64,000 bases of DNA, from NCBI GenBank assembly GCA_051294375.1, contig CM119264.1:27701918-27765917 (forward strand), in the 5' to 3' direction. How positions within the stretch are numbered: position 1 is the first letter of the stretch; every line of letters begins with the position of its first letter. Below the pieces are notes generated by a model, which saw only the letters and a list, made by a program, of their open reading frames with translations, ran no database searches and was not told where the DNA came from. The stretch is from Paraspadella gotoi (lineage: Eukaryota > Animalia > Chaetognatha). Shown piece after piece: positions 53,210 through 64,000 of this stretch. A program made the position numbers and the translations under genes.

Positions 53210-56200
53210 TAGCAATCCAAACGTTTAAAGTGGAGCTTAGGCCTTTCTGATATCATCGCGTAGCTGTGTGCCACATTTATCAGAAAATTCACTCCCACTT
53301 CCCTCACCTAGTGGATTTCAATTATCCCCCCGCCTCCCACTCTACCATTTGTGCACCACTTGCCCATAACACCTTTCTCCTCCACCTGCCCTCACCCTCT
53401 ACTGCTCCAGCCGAATTTTAAATGTATCCCCAACCCGGCTTTGTTACACCTTTCAACTTTCTTCTTTTTCATTAATCCTGGTCTATTTCTTGAGCCACCT
53501 GCCATACCGCCGTTTTAGCAGATTCATCAAAAACTCTTCCCCTTGTGGACCTCCCCCGTGAGACCTCCCCTTGGCAACAATTTAACTGCACCTCTTCATC
53601 ATCTTTTTTAGGACACGCGTTTAGTTTTTTTCTCTTGAGAGTATTGTGATTGACCTCTTTCATCATCCTCAGAAGTCATTACTTTAAGAATTAAATTTCC
53701 TTCATTATCAAAATCCTCCAACCTTTCTTCTCTATTTTAAACATTATAAAGAACTGATTGACTCTACCTTCATACAATTTCAGAAAACTGGTTCGTCCAT
53801 TTTTAGCGCTGAACATCTTTGCGGCTGGTTCATTTACATTCATTTGATTCGACTTAAAATGTCAGCACTATCATCTCTCTACTATCCCGCTGCGTTTATG
53901 ATGAACCTCAAATCGAAACTGCCATTCAAAAAATTTCAAACCACCTGGGAAATTTTTGGAGACGAATCTCTCATGGTTAGACGTAACGAAGTGAGCCATG
54001 CTCAGAAAATATGTGAGAAAACGGTGGTGAGATAATGTCTAAACTTTTTAACCAGTGTGTCATCGCAAATAATTCTTTTTCTGTAGTTACCAATTAATCT
54101 CTGCACCTTCAAAGTTCTAGAACCAATATTGCCAACAACAAGGACTTACCTTCCTGTTTAACTTGTGAGAGGGTTGCACCCTATCCCTCTCCCTGATGCG
54201 TCGGTAGTTAATATTATAGGTAGTTTAGGGTCGAGGTGAAGTTTCTAACTGGTGCGTTATTAACCTTCCCTTTAATTGTCCATTGCCTCCTTGCAAGCTT
54301 CCGTCCATTTAAATGGTATCCCTTTACGAGTAAGTTTCGATATAGCGTTTAGATATCTGGACTATGAGATTTTTATAAAGCTTCGTTATAAAATAGTTGC
54401 AAAAGCCCCAAAGAATCTCTGCACTTCCTTACAATTTTAGGTACGGGAATATTCCAGGTAACAGCGTCTACAATATGTTACATGTCTTTATTCCTTTCCC
54501 CGGATATCACAAACCCTAAAAAGATTCTACTGACCTCTGAAAAAAGTTTAGCATTTATACTCGAAGTTTTAGCTTGGCTCTGTTAATTTATACTAACAGC
54601 TAAAAACAGTCTGCTTTAGCCTTCATCGTAGGTCCTGGCCAAAGATAATTAGTCATCAATGTAAACAAACGCTACCTTCCAGATAATTTCCTAACACGGC
54701 CTCCATTCATGACTGATAACTGGCCGGGCCCGACATTAAGACCAAACGCAGCCTCTTAAATCGAACAACCCCTTAGAAGTGGCAAATCCGTTATTCCCCT
54801 TGACTTCCTCCTCAAGTTCCACCTTGATGATACCCTGGAAAAGATCCATAGTATTGAACCAAGGCCAGCCCCCTGAACTGATCAATAATATGCTCATGTT
54901 TGGTAATGGTGTGAGCGTGGGCTATTGACGAGGGAATTGACTGCCTCTTAGTAATCTATACAGAGCGAACCTACTCTTTTCCTTGCTTCCCAGGAAAGTA
55001 AATTCTTGAGCACCAATTGTATTAAGGTTTGAACGACATCCTGCTTATCAGTTTTTTGACTTCTTTATCTAAAAAAATCTGATCATCAGAAGATACTACA
55101 CATTTTTTTTATTGGCACTGCGTCAGGTTTTAAAAACGGATTTTATTGTTTAGATTCTGTGGGTGCAAATGTAGTGGCTCTTCCTCCATTGAAAAACCTC
55201 TTATACTTTAGCAGCATCACTTTTTTATTTCCCTTACTATTTTATTACATCCAGATTTGAAATTTCCAAGCCCAAAATTAATTTCTCTAGTTTAACCTCA
55301 TCAAAATCTTCATAAGGTAAAGGGTCCACTTACTTCCTCTTGCTATTAGGGCAGCAGCAAATTCCCCATTTCCTTCTATTATAGTACTTATTTCATTTGC
55401 GGCATTCTCAGTAGCTATAAAGTTTCCATAGATTCTTCTTTTGAAAAATTATTTTTCGACCAAGATTACGACTTTGAGTTCCACGTAGTTTTTTGAGCTC
55501 AGTAAAGTCTCAATATTATTGATCCCTAATTTTTATCCATCTCCGTCCCCTGGCTGTATGACTCCTTTAATTTCTGTATTTTCTCACCCCCTTCTATCCT
55601 AAACCTGACTTCTCTTAGACTATTTCGTAACAAGTAATACCTCCCTCTATCCTACTTCTTACACAGCTTCCTCCCATATCGGTTTCCAAAACAATACCCC
55701 TTGATGGTGAACAATTCCAGCCTGTTAGATTAATATTAAATTTATGTCGACCAAACTCTCAATTCCATAGTAAAACCATCCATGCCCAAACCTCTTATAC
55801 AAAGGAATTTTAATTGTTGGCCTGATAATTGTTTCTCAAAACCAATATAAAACAAATAAACTGGTAATTTTACAACTCCTATACATTCAAGTTTTGAGCA
55901 TTTACGTCTCAAAGCAATGCGGGTGGCTTAAAATATAATTATTATCTGCATTAATAACTTGCACTTTCTTCGCCAATAATGTTCTAACACTCCCTGTATC
56001 CAAATCCTAATCTTATTCTAAACCCCCTTATTCCCACAGTCATCCATAACATAGGTGGGGCACTTTGCATATTTCGATTCATATATATCCTCTTTGTACT
56101 ATGCCTAAGTGCTTTTCAATATCTTTAGTTCTAATCCTCCGATCCAGCCAATTTACATTTGCCTCCCCAGGATAAGAAACTTTTTTAGTTTTCGTTCACC

Positions 56201-56229
56201 CCCTTCGAGAGGGGCGATTCTAGTTTAAA
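53210..56229 (-). CDS. pol: pol: aspartic protease, reverse transcriptase, RNase H and degenerate integrase N-terminal Zn-finger; frameshifted
   Basis: PR LDTGSVRTLL (~55975-56003). RT: KPDAVPIKK, CIDY, PLPNM, NTMDLSR.YHQV, FATSKGLF..RL.FGL, VAFVYIDD (54652-54675), FLGF, KLTRKGIPFKWTEAC. RH: TTDASGRGIG (~54178-54208), TEKELFA, ADILSR (~53848-53865). Confidence 0.9.
56198..56229 (-). promoter_or_regulatory. Putative -1 ribosomal frameshift signal at the gag-pol junction
   Basis: Minus strand TTTAAAC-TAG-aatc-GCCCCTCTCGAAGGGGGT: X XXY YYZ slippery heptamer, gag stop, and a GC stem-loop 7-8 nt downstream. Confidence 0.7.
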
Positions 56230-57700
56230 GCAAGACCACTCACCTCTTCATGTTGTCTATCCACACTCACCTCTGTCTCTGTCGTGCGTGCGTGTGTGCG
56301 AGTACTAGATGAATGAATCACTCAAGCGCGCGTACACAGCGCGTTAACTTGTGATTTGATACGCCATTTTTAGTTGAGCTGCCTTTTTCCCTCTAATTCC
56401 CCACACTAGTTCTATCTTATCGTTCGATAAGGGCAATCCACTCTTTTGTGCCCCACCGCTTCACAAACGCCAGCACTGTATGCGCTGAACTCGTAGACCA
56501 TTCCCCTGACTATATCCGCCCCTATTTCGTCCCTCTTCCACTATGTGAGTCATGAAATTATCTCTACCTGACCATTTCTATCTCCTCTTGTGACAAACCT
56601 TTCCCTCCTAACGTATCCCCTTCACTCCCCCTGGCGACGACTTCCCCCTCAGCACTTCCCCCCTGATTCACTGTTTTGGAAGCCGGCTCAGTATTTATGT
56701 TTCCTAACCCTCCAACAAAAACCATTTTGGCTTATTAATAGTTCATCAGCCTTAGCACCATAATATCAAAGAAGCCCATTGTTGTAAGGTGTGCCCTTAA
56801 AATTTCCTATCCGTCAATACTATATGAATCAAAGACTTTATGCTTCCATTCATCTCGATAGCAAATGAACTATTAGTCTTCCCCACTTTCGCCTACATAC
56901 ATTCTAATTCTATCAATAAAAGTTCGTAAGATTCATTGGGAGTTTTCATCCGACATAAAATATTCTTTAGGTCTTTTTGCGCTCAAGATCCAGTGCTTCT
57001 CATACTCTGAAATAATTACTTCAATTTGACGATTTTTCGCGTGGGTCAAGTATGCAAAAGGCCCTTTTTGCGCTGCCCCTAGCAGCTGGGTTGGCAAGCG
57101 CAACAGCAGTCTTCATTATCCACTTGATTACAAGTTACACAAGCCTGAAGCATTTATTCTGCCATTCATCCAAATTCTCCGTTATCCATCGTAGTTTGGG
57201 CAACTTTGCGGCGCTCATCGTCCTTCCATCTCGTTGGACTTACTCCATTCTTTCAAAACTCATCTCGGAGCCACCAAATCTTCTCTGTTTTCCTTCTTGG
57301 CTGTTAATTATTTTTACATTAAGTATCTTTACCTCCGCTGACTGCCTCTTTGCTTCCAGCAGCGTTTCCCTTATGTTTCCCCTTGTGCCTATTATACTTT
57401 CATTTTTGCACCTTCTAATGCATGGCGAAAAGTTCTCCCAAGTTTTTTATCAACTGCCTTGATGCCCCCATTAATATTTTGCTCTTGATTTCCTCGTTCG
57501 CATCCTCAGTTGTTGATTTTCCATTTGACTATCCCTTGATAAGATTTTTCTCTCCGCTATTGTTTCTTTTTCCTTGGTTTCCATACACTACTGTGATTTA
57601 ACGTTACACGCTTATTTCCCAATTTATCTCCGATTTACTGATAAGATTCTTAATCTTTTATTGTAATCTTTTTCGCACTGGGTTCTAGTTAAGTGGTTCT
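56220..57700 (-). CDS. gag: gag (capsid plus CCHC nucleocapsid), frameshifted; start uncertain
   Basis: Zinc knuckle IQCWR(C)EAVGHKRVDCP at ~56430-56481 (one extra base); capsid-like ES..TFIDRIR at ~56900-56936; TAG at 56220-56222. Confidence 0.75.
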
Positions 57701-57820
57701 AAGATCCTTGTATTAAGGATATAATTCTACCTCAAAACTAGTGGTTATTTGCTTGACTCGTTCAAGTATAGCAGGCCAAAATCGTCTGCATTCCCCCCTT
57801 CGCCAAAAAATCTCCCTATT

Positions 57821-57837
57821 CTCAGCGGATCCAACCA
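57821..57837 (-). promoter_or_regulatory. Candidate primer-binding site TGGTTGGATCCGCTGAG
   Basis: Follows ...ttcaaCA-ta on the minus strand and begins TGG; the complement has tRNA-3'-end-like layout; cognate tRNA not identified. Confidence 0.5.
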
Positions 57838-57839
57838 TA

Positions 57840-59490
57840 TGTTGAATATTAATGTAATCTTTTAGTTTTAGTCAAGTTTCGATGACTTAAAGCTTTTAAA
57901 ATTGTTTACTCTTATAACTTTTTATTATTTTATTTATTTGTATTTTTATTTCTGAAGACTTACTAGTGCTTCACGACAGAAGCTATTAGAAGTTGGTTAA
58001 GCCGTAGGAACTGAGCCATGTGAAGAAAAAATTTAAATTTAAATTTTAAGCTTCAAGTACTCTATCAAGATCCGCCGTGTGTTCGATTCATTTGGCCCAA
58101 ATGTTCTAGAATTATATGTTGGTTTAATATCCTAGAACCGGTTCACCCGTTGGTTGTCGGTTAAAGTCAGGAGCTTTTAACTTGGTATACGTATACTGGA
58201 GTGCACCGTTTAGTTTCATGAGTCAGTCCACAGATTATAATATGATAGATTATTACTATTCTTAAGCTAGATAGGTTAATATAGTTCCTAAACCTTTATC
58301 AGCAACCTGTGAAGAGTCTCTCAAGGCCTACAGTTCCTACCCAGGGCCGTACTGGTATCTCGCAATTCCCTTTCCCTAGCCTAACCAAATCTCTATTCTA
58401 GGCTGGTCTCCTATCAGTAAGACACACAATGATTATATTATAATAATCTACTTTATTATCCATTCCAATCGTAGCCAGAACACAATTAAATTACACGAAA
58501 AATATAGTAGAGAAGAGGAACCAGAATTAAGTTACTTAATATATTATTACAGTTTCCCATAGGTTGGTTTATACACTCGTAATTATGTTACACTACTTTT
58601 ACTAAGTAGAACCACATAGTACTGTACTATCTGCCGAATTAATTAGTTAGTACCTTTATAAAATTTATATTGACTTAGTAACAACACATAACCCAAAGAT
58701 ATTTACTTCACCTTTAGAAAAGGATGCTTCCAACCAGAGTCTGAAATGAGACTGTCCTCTCAAGCAAAGCTCCCTCCTTATGCCCTTCTGAGCTCTGTTC
58801 TGTTAGCTATCGATATTCATAAGTAATAAAATAACTATATTCCCGTTTCGATAATCTTACGGGAGTACTGAAACTATCAGTTCCCCCTTGCTCTGAACTC
58901 TTATGTCTACTACTCTGATTTATCTAATTCTTAATTCTCAAAAGATCCCTTTCTTACGCTCAGAATTTATACCGTGAATTCTTATTGGATAACCTTGATG
59001 CATCTGCTTCTGATTGGTTATCTAACAAGGTTAGAGAAAGCTTCTCAACTCCTGTTTTAAGTATCTCACTTATAACCTTCAAATTAGCTTTTTCGTTCCT
59101 TGATTAGTTTAGAAAATCTCTTAAGGCTCGTATTTTCAACCAATCCTATCAATTCTTTTTGATTCTGTATATCTCTAACGTAAATTCCTCGCCTCCTGAT
59201 TTCGTCGAATCTCACCTATTCTTTTTATTGATTGGCCGTTATACATTTAATACCCATTATACTGTAATCTTCCGTTAATATTTATTTCTTCCGTCACTTA
59301 TTTTTATATTATATATATCAACCAAACCATATGATTTTAATAATTTATAAGTATATATAATTTATAAAGGTTCCTCTTGTCTTTATCAAAGTTATACAAA
59401 ACTCAGGAAATACACAGGATAGTATAACTGCTTATATATCCATGTATAATGTAATAATCAAATCGATGTTCAGTACAATTTCTATAACCA
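57840..59490 (-). repeat. 5' LTR (~1.65 kb, TG...CA)
   Basis: Outer end TG at 59490 coincides exactly with resumption of host sequence (atgattaat..caattcctggatgaaag); inner end inferred from the PBS. Confidence 0.6.
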
Positions 59491-62400
59491 ATGATTAATG
59501 ACAATTCCTGGATGAAAGAAAAGGAGAGTCCAAAACTGTTGATCAGGCAAAGGCGTGGGGGACAAGCAAGAAAAAGAGAGGGAAAAAAAAACCTGAAAGA
59601 CAAAAAAAATGANNNNNNNNNNNNNNNNNNNNNNNNNATTCTTTCTTTCTTTCTTTCTTCTCTCTTTTTTCTTTTTTTCTTTCTTTTTCTTTCTCTCTTT
59701 CTCTCTTCTTTGCCCTTTCTTTCTTTTTCTTTCTTTCTTCCTATTCTATTCTCGGATTCGCTTTCCCCTCCCTCCTTCCTCTCTCCTCTTCTTCTCCCTC
59801 TTTTCCTTCCTTCCCTTCTTCTCTCTTTTTTGTTTCTTTCCTCACCTCGACCTCCCTATCCCCGCGCCTACTTCCTCCCCTAGCCCTCCTCCCATTCTTC
59901 CCCCTCTCCTCCTCCCGCTGCTTCCTATATCCCCCTCCTCCCATTCTTCCCCCTCTCTTCCCCCCCACTTCCTCCCCTCCTCCCATTCTTCCCCTCTCCT
60001 CCCCCCCCACCCTCCCCCTCCTCCCATTCTTCCCCCCTCCTCCCATTCTTCCCCCCCTCCTCCCCCACTTCCTCCCCCCTCCGACATCTTCTTGCGAACG
60101 CCAGACAACCACGCCATATTTTTTCTTGCTTTTATCGTTACTTGCGACGCAGTTTCCACTTTTCTCGCCTTTGTACCGACTTCGAAACTGCGCCAATTAA
60201 TATATTTCCGTTAAAGAGTTTGCGCGACATCTGAGGAGACCCGAATCGCTTCTCCTCAACAGAAAAACATTGGAAACGGATTAAGAAAAAAATTGGGAAA
60301 AAAAAATAAAGAAAAACATAACTGAGAGAGAAAATATGCCAAGACTCGTTGGAAATCCCGAGTTTGACAGAAAATCTTGATGAATGAAATTAGGGGGGGT
60401 GGCATGGAGGAAAGGAAAGAGAGGGAGGAAAGGGAAGAGAGAGAGGAAAGGAAAGGAGACGGAGGAAAGGAAATAAATGGGCGGAGTCGAAGGAGGTAAA
60501 CAAGAACTCAAGGGGCAGAGGAAGAAAGAAAATTAAGAATTGAATTAGGATTCGTAAGATTTTCTATCATTCAAATTTCAGTAGAAATGTCAACCCTTCT
60601 GTGTTTTGACCAAAAAAAAAAAAAAAATTTATTATCCCTCACAGATGGAATGGGAACCAAAAATGGATCCGGATCCCCGACTCGGGTAGAATCCGCCGGA
60701 TGCCGGATAAGACTGATACACTGAACAATGAACTATTTTTGTCGCTCATTCCTTTCGTTACCTGTACCAGCCATAATAATATTTTTTTTTTCAAATCAAA
60801 AGGGAACAATCGATGACTGATGGAGAAAAAATTGAATGATGTAGTTGATCGGCGACTAACGGGACGGAAACTCTGATTTATTTCATTCCAGAACAAGGCT
60901 AAGGTTTACGAGGCGACGCGATGATTCTACGATCGTTGGGGGACGATTAAAGGAATTAAAATGGCCGCCAACACGCACTCCATCAAAGGACTCCATCGCG
61001 AGACAGGTGATGGGCTGTAATATTGAAGATAAGAAGATTTTAGTAGGATTGTAGTATTTAATTGGCTGATAAAAAAACAATTGAAAAAGTAAATACTTAA
61101 TTGTGTCATAGTTGACATTCGAATCGAAGTTTGAAAGTCGCATATCAATTTATTACAACTAGAATAACTTAAATAGACCATTAAACAAATAAGACAAGAA
61201 CTCAATCCGATGTAATAAGACGACAATTCAAATGAAAGTGGTTATTGTTACGGTACCGAGTTCTATCGCATAAATATTGAACTTATGAACTACGTCAATG
61301 CAATCGATAGTTCGAGAGTCAACGAAGATTTTTCCGAGTCATAAAATCCCGTCGTGCGGAACGCAATGTCTCTTCACGTCTCATGGGGCAGAAAACTTGG
61401 CCGTTGGACGAGATAGATGGAACCCTGATGTGCCAGAAGGATGACCATCGATGAATGCAATGAAGAATACGAGGACAAACGCGGCAATACGCAGCAATAC
61501 CCATTACAATCGCAATTTCGATGAATTAGGCTAAGATTAGAAACAAAATGCGAAGACGGCCTCACAACTTCGCTTTCAAAATTTTGTTTTGGCAAATGCA
61601 ACCAATTTAATTTTTGGAAGGGAAAGCGAATTGAAAACAAGCAAACAATTTTAATTTTTAACAAAGAAAAAAAACACTGCGCAAAGCTACATTAGAAAAA
61701 AATTTCAAAACAGAAAAAGGAAAAAATAATTTCGAAACCGAAAAAAAAAAGTATAAAAAAAAAATGAGAAAAGAGAAAATGAAAATCCGGTGAAATTTGT
61801 TGTTGGCTTAGAATTGGAATTTTCCTTCGTTCCCGCCATTGTTTACTTTGGAACCGAGACAAAGATTTGGAGAAGTAAAAAAAACAACAAAAAAACCAGG
61901 TGTGGCATTTCGAAANNNNNNNNNNNNNNNNNNNNNNNNNNNNNNNNNNNNNNNNNNNNNNNNNNNNNNNNNNNNNNNNNNNNNNNNNNNNNNNNNNNNN
62001 NNNNNNNNNNNNNNNNNNNNNNNNNNNNNNNNNNNNNNNNNNNNNNNNNNNNNNNNNNNNNNNNNNNNNNNNNNNNNNNNNNNNNNNNNNNNNNNNNNNN
62101 NNNNNNNNNNNNNNNNNNNNNNNNNNNNNNNNNNNNNNNNNNNNNNNNNNNNNNNNNNNNNNNNNNNNNNNNNNNNNNNNNNNNNTCGCTTTTTTTGTGC
62201 TGAACCCATTCATCATTCCTGTAGCCACCCTGACATCTTGATCTAAGAGGAAGCATCTCTAGAATTGAAAAANNNNNNNNNNNNNNNNNNNNNNNNNNNN
62301 NNNNNNNNNNNNNNNNNNNNNNNNNNNNNNNNNNNNNNNNNNNNNNNNNNNNNNNNNNNNNNNNNNNNNNNNNNNNNNNNNNNNNNNNNNNNNNNNNNNN

Positions 62401-62705
62401 NNNNNNNNNNNNNNNNNNNCGTGTTTCTGCCGTCCAAATGGATCATCGTTCGTTGCTTCGAGCAAAATATATGGACTCCAATTTTACCCGAGAATTCAGA
62501 ATTTAGCGGCGTTGAAGGGAAGTTGTTGGAGTTTTGAACTTGGAGGGGTTCTGGAGTGACAGAATATACTTTAATGGGGAGATATTGTAAGAAGAATTTT
62601 GCTTTTATACAAAGGACAAAAATAAATTAAGTGTCCATTGCGTCAATTTTACAGTAAAACTATTCATAGTAGAAAAGTCGCTACAAGAATACAATACATA
62701 GTTTG

Positions 62706-62753
62706 GTACGGTTAAATAAAGTACTAGTATACAAGTACTTTATTTAACCATAC
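62706..62753. repeat. Near-perfect 48-bp palindrome/hairpin
   Basis: GGTTAAATAAAGTACT (62710-62725), spacer AGTATACA, then AGTACTTTATTTAACC (62734-62749), the exact reverse complement. Confidence 0.9.
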
Positions 62754-63739
62754 TTAGTATCTACAAAACTGTATAATTTCTTTTCCGAAATAAATTAAAC
62801 AATTTAACTGTAGAAAGTAGTTGGTTCCCCAATGATTTTGACGATTAAGCGAAGGAAAAAAATTATGGATAAAAGTTGGATGAACTTGAGAGACTAAATG
62901 AATATAAAGGTGAGTTCACTTTATAGAGAAAAGATCAGACGATAAAGGCCTTATTTTCCCAAAATGCCTCGTTTTAGCATGAATTTATAAAAGGGTTTGG
63001 GATAGGGGTATGATTATGGATTAGGGACAAGGACTTGATTATAGATTTGGTTAAGGATCGTGGTTGAGGATAAGGTTAGAATTAAGGTCAAGGATTAAAA
63101 ACAAAAATGCGGGACTAATGGAAAATCGCGCCATAAAATCTTCAAAGACAAACAGTAAAGAGGATTATGGTGGAAGTGGGAGGGACGATGATGGGGGCTG
63201 GAGAGAGAGAGAGAGAGAGAGAGANNNNNNNNNNNNNNNNNNNNNNNNNNNNNNNNNNNNNNNNNNNNNNNNNNNNNNNNNNNNNNNNNNNNNNNNNNNN
63301 NNNNNNNNNNNNNNNNNNNNNNNNNNNNNNNNNNNNNNNNNNNNNNNNNNNNNNNNNNNNNNNNNNNNNNNNNNNNNNNNNNNNNNNNNNNNNNNNNNNN
63401 NNNNNNNNNNNNNNNNNNNNNNNNNNNNNNNNNNNNNNNNNNNNNNNNNNNNNNNNNNNNNNNNNNNNNNNNNNNNNNNNNNNNNNATCGAAGGGGGTTC
63501 GTCTTAATTTTAAGAAGGGAAATTCTGACTAAAAAGAATAAGAAAGAAATAAAAGTCATGATGATAATGATGGTTATGTTTTTTTTATATTTTTTTATTT
63601 TAATAAAATTACAAAAAGTTAAACTGAATTTTGTTGTTGTTGTTGTCTTTTTTTTAACTTTTCTGGGCCTTCGACGTCGTCTTCCCTGTAGTCGTCGTCA
63701 TCGTCCTTATAAATCGCGGTCAACGACTTCATCGTTAAA

Positions 63740-63816
63740 ATCGTCGTCGTCGTTGTCTTTGTCGTCGAAGTCGTCATCGTCGTCGTCATCGTCATCATCT
63801 TTGTCGTCATCGTCGT
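63740..63816. repeat. (TCG/TCA)n degenerate trinucleotide tract
   Basis: Direct reading. Confidence 0.8.
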
Positions 63817-64000
63817 TATAAATCGCAAAGAGAGAGTTCATTTTCAATAATTAATTTTCGCGAACCATCCTCGGTTAATTCACACTATCGCTTCTCTTCT
63901 CTCTCTCTTCTCTGCTCTCCTCTTCTTCTCTTTCTCTAAAGAATATCTTGATCTCCATTCCGTCGAAGGTCGAGAGGCGATATATGGATGGATATAAAAA

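Larger units (their letters stand above)
48421..59490 (-). mobile_element. Ty3/Gypsy-like LTR retrotransposon (~11 kb) with accessory ORF cassette; integrase core not found
   Basis: Order on minus strand: LTR, PBS, gag(CCHC), frameshift site, PR, RT, RH, degenerate IN Zn-finger, accessory ORFs, PPT, LTR. Confidence 0.9.

Noticed and set aside
55200-55950. Possible integrase or dUTPase between PR and RT (Gmr1-like order)
   Set aside because: No HHCC, DDE or convincing dUTPase motifs were recognised; treated as protease C-terminus plus linker.
57052-57462. 136-aa plus-strand ORF inside the LTR element
   Set aside because: Antisense shadow of gag; no independent support.
61692-63559. ORFs spanning X runs
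   Set aside because: Artefacts of N gaps.

Overview
Eukaryotic (animal-like, AT- and microsatellite-rich) scaffold from an error-prone, gap-filled draft assembly. It has many 1-bp indels, four exactly 25-N gaps, and about 15 kb of near-identical tandem re-copies that look like unmerged reads or haplotypes, so most real ORFs are frameshifted and most ORF-track entries are microsatellite noise. Supportable content: (1) a plus-strand gene segment encoding about six tandem Ig domains (nephrin/SYG-2-like) at ~7761-9565. (2) An apparently full-length ~5.1 kb Jockey/I-group-like LINE (3xCCHC ORF1; APE+RT ORF2) inserted into a (CT)n tract, with the empty allele assembled just upstream. (3) An ~11 kb minus-strand Ty3/Gypsy-like LTR element (LTR, PBS, gag with CCHC, TTTAAAC -1 frameshift signal, PR, RT, RNase H, PPT). 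Its pol appears to stop after a degenerate integrase Zn-finger; no DDE core was found, and ~4.4 kb of accessory ORFs follow, two starting with F-box-like motifs. Its empty target site is also present in the window. This F-box-carrying, apparently integrase-less LTR element is the best candidate for an undescribed system. (4) Fragments of unidentified host genes and many micro/minisatellites. All protein readings were made by eye across frameshifts and need HMM confirmation on polished sequence.
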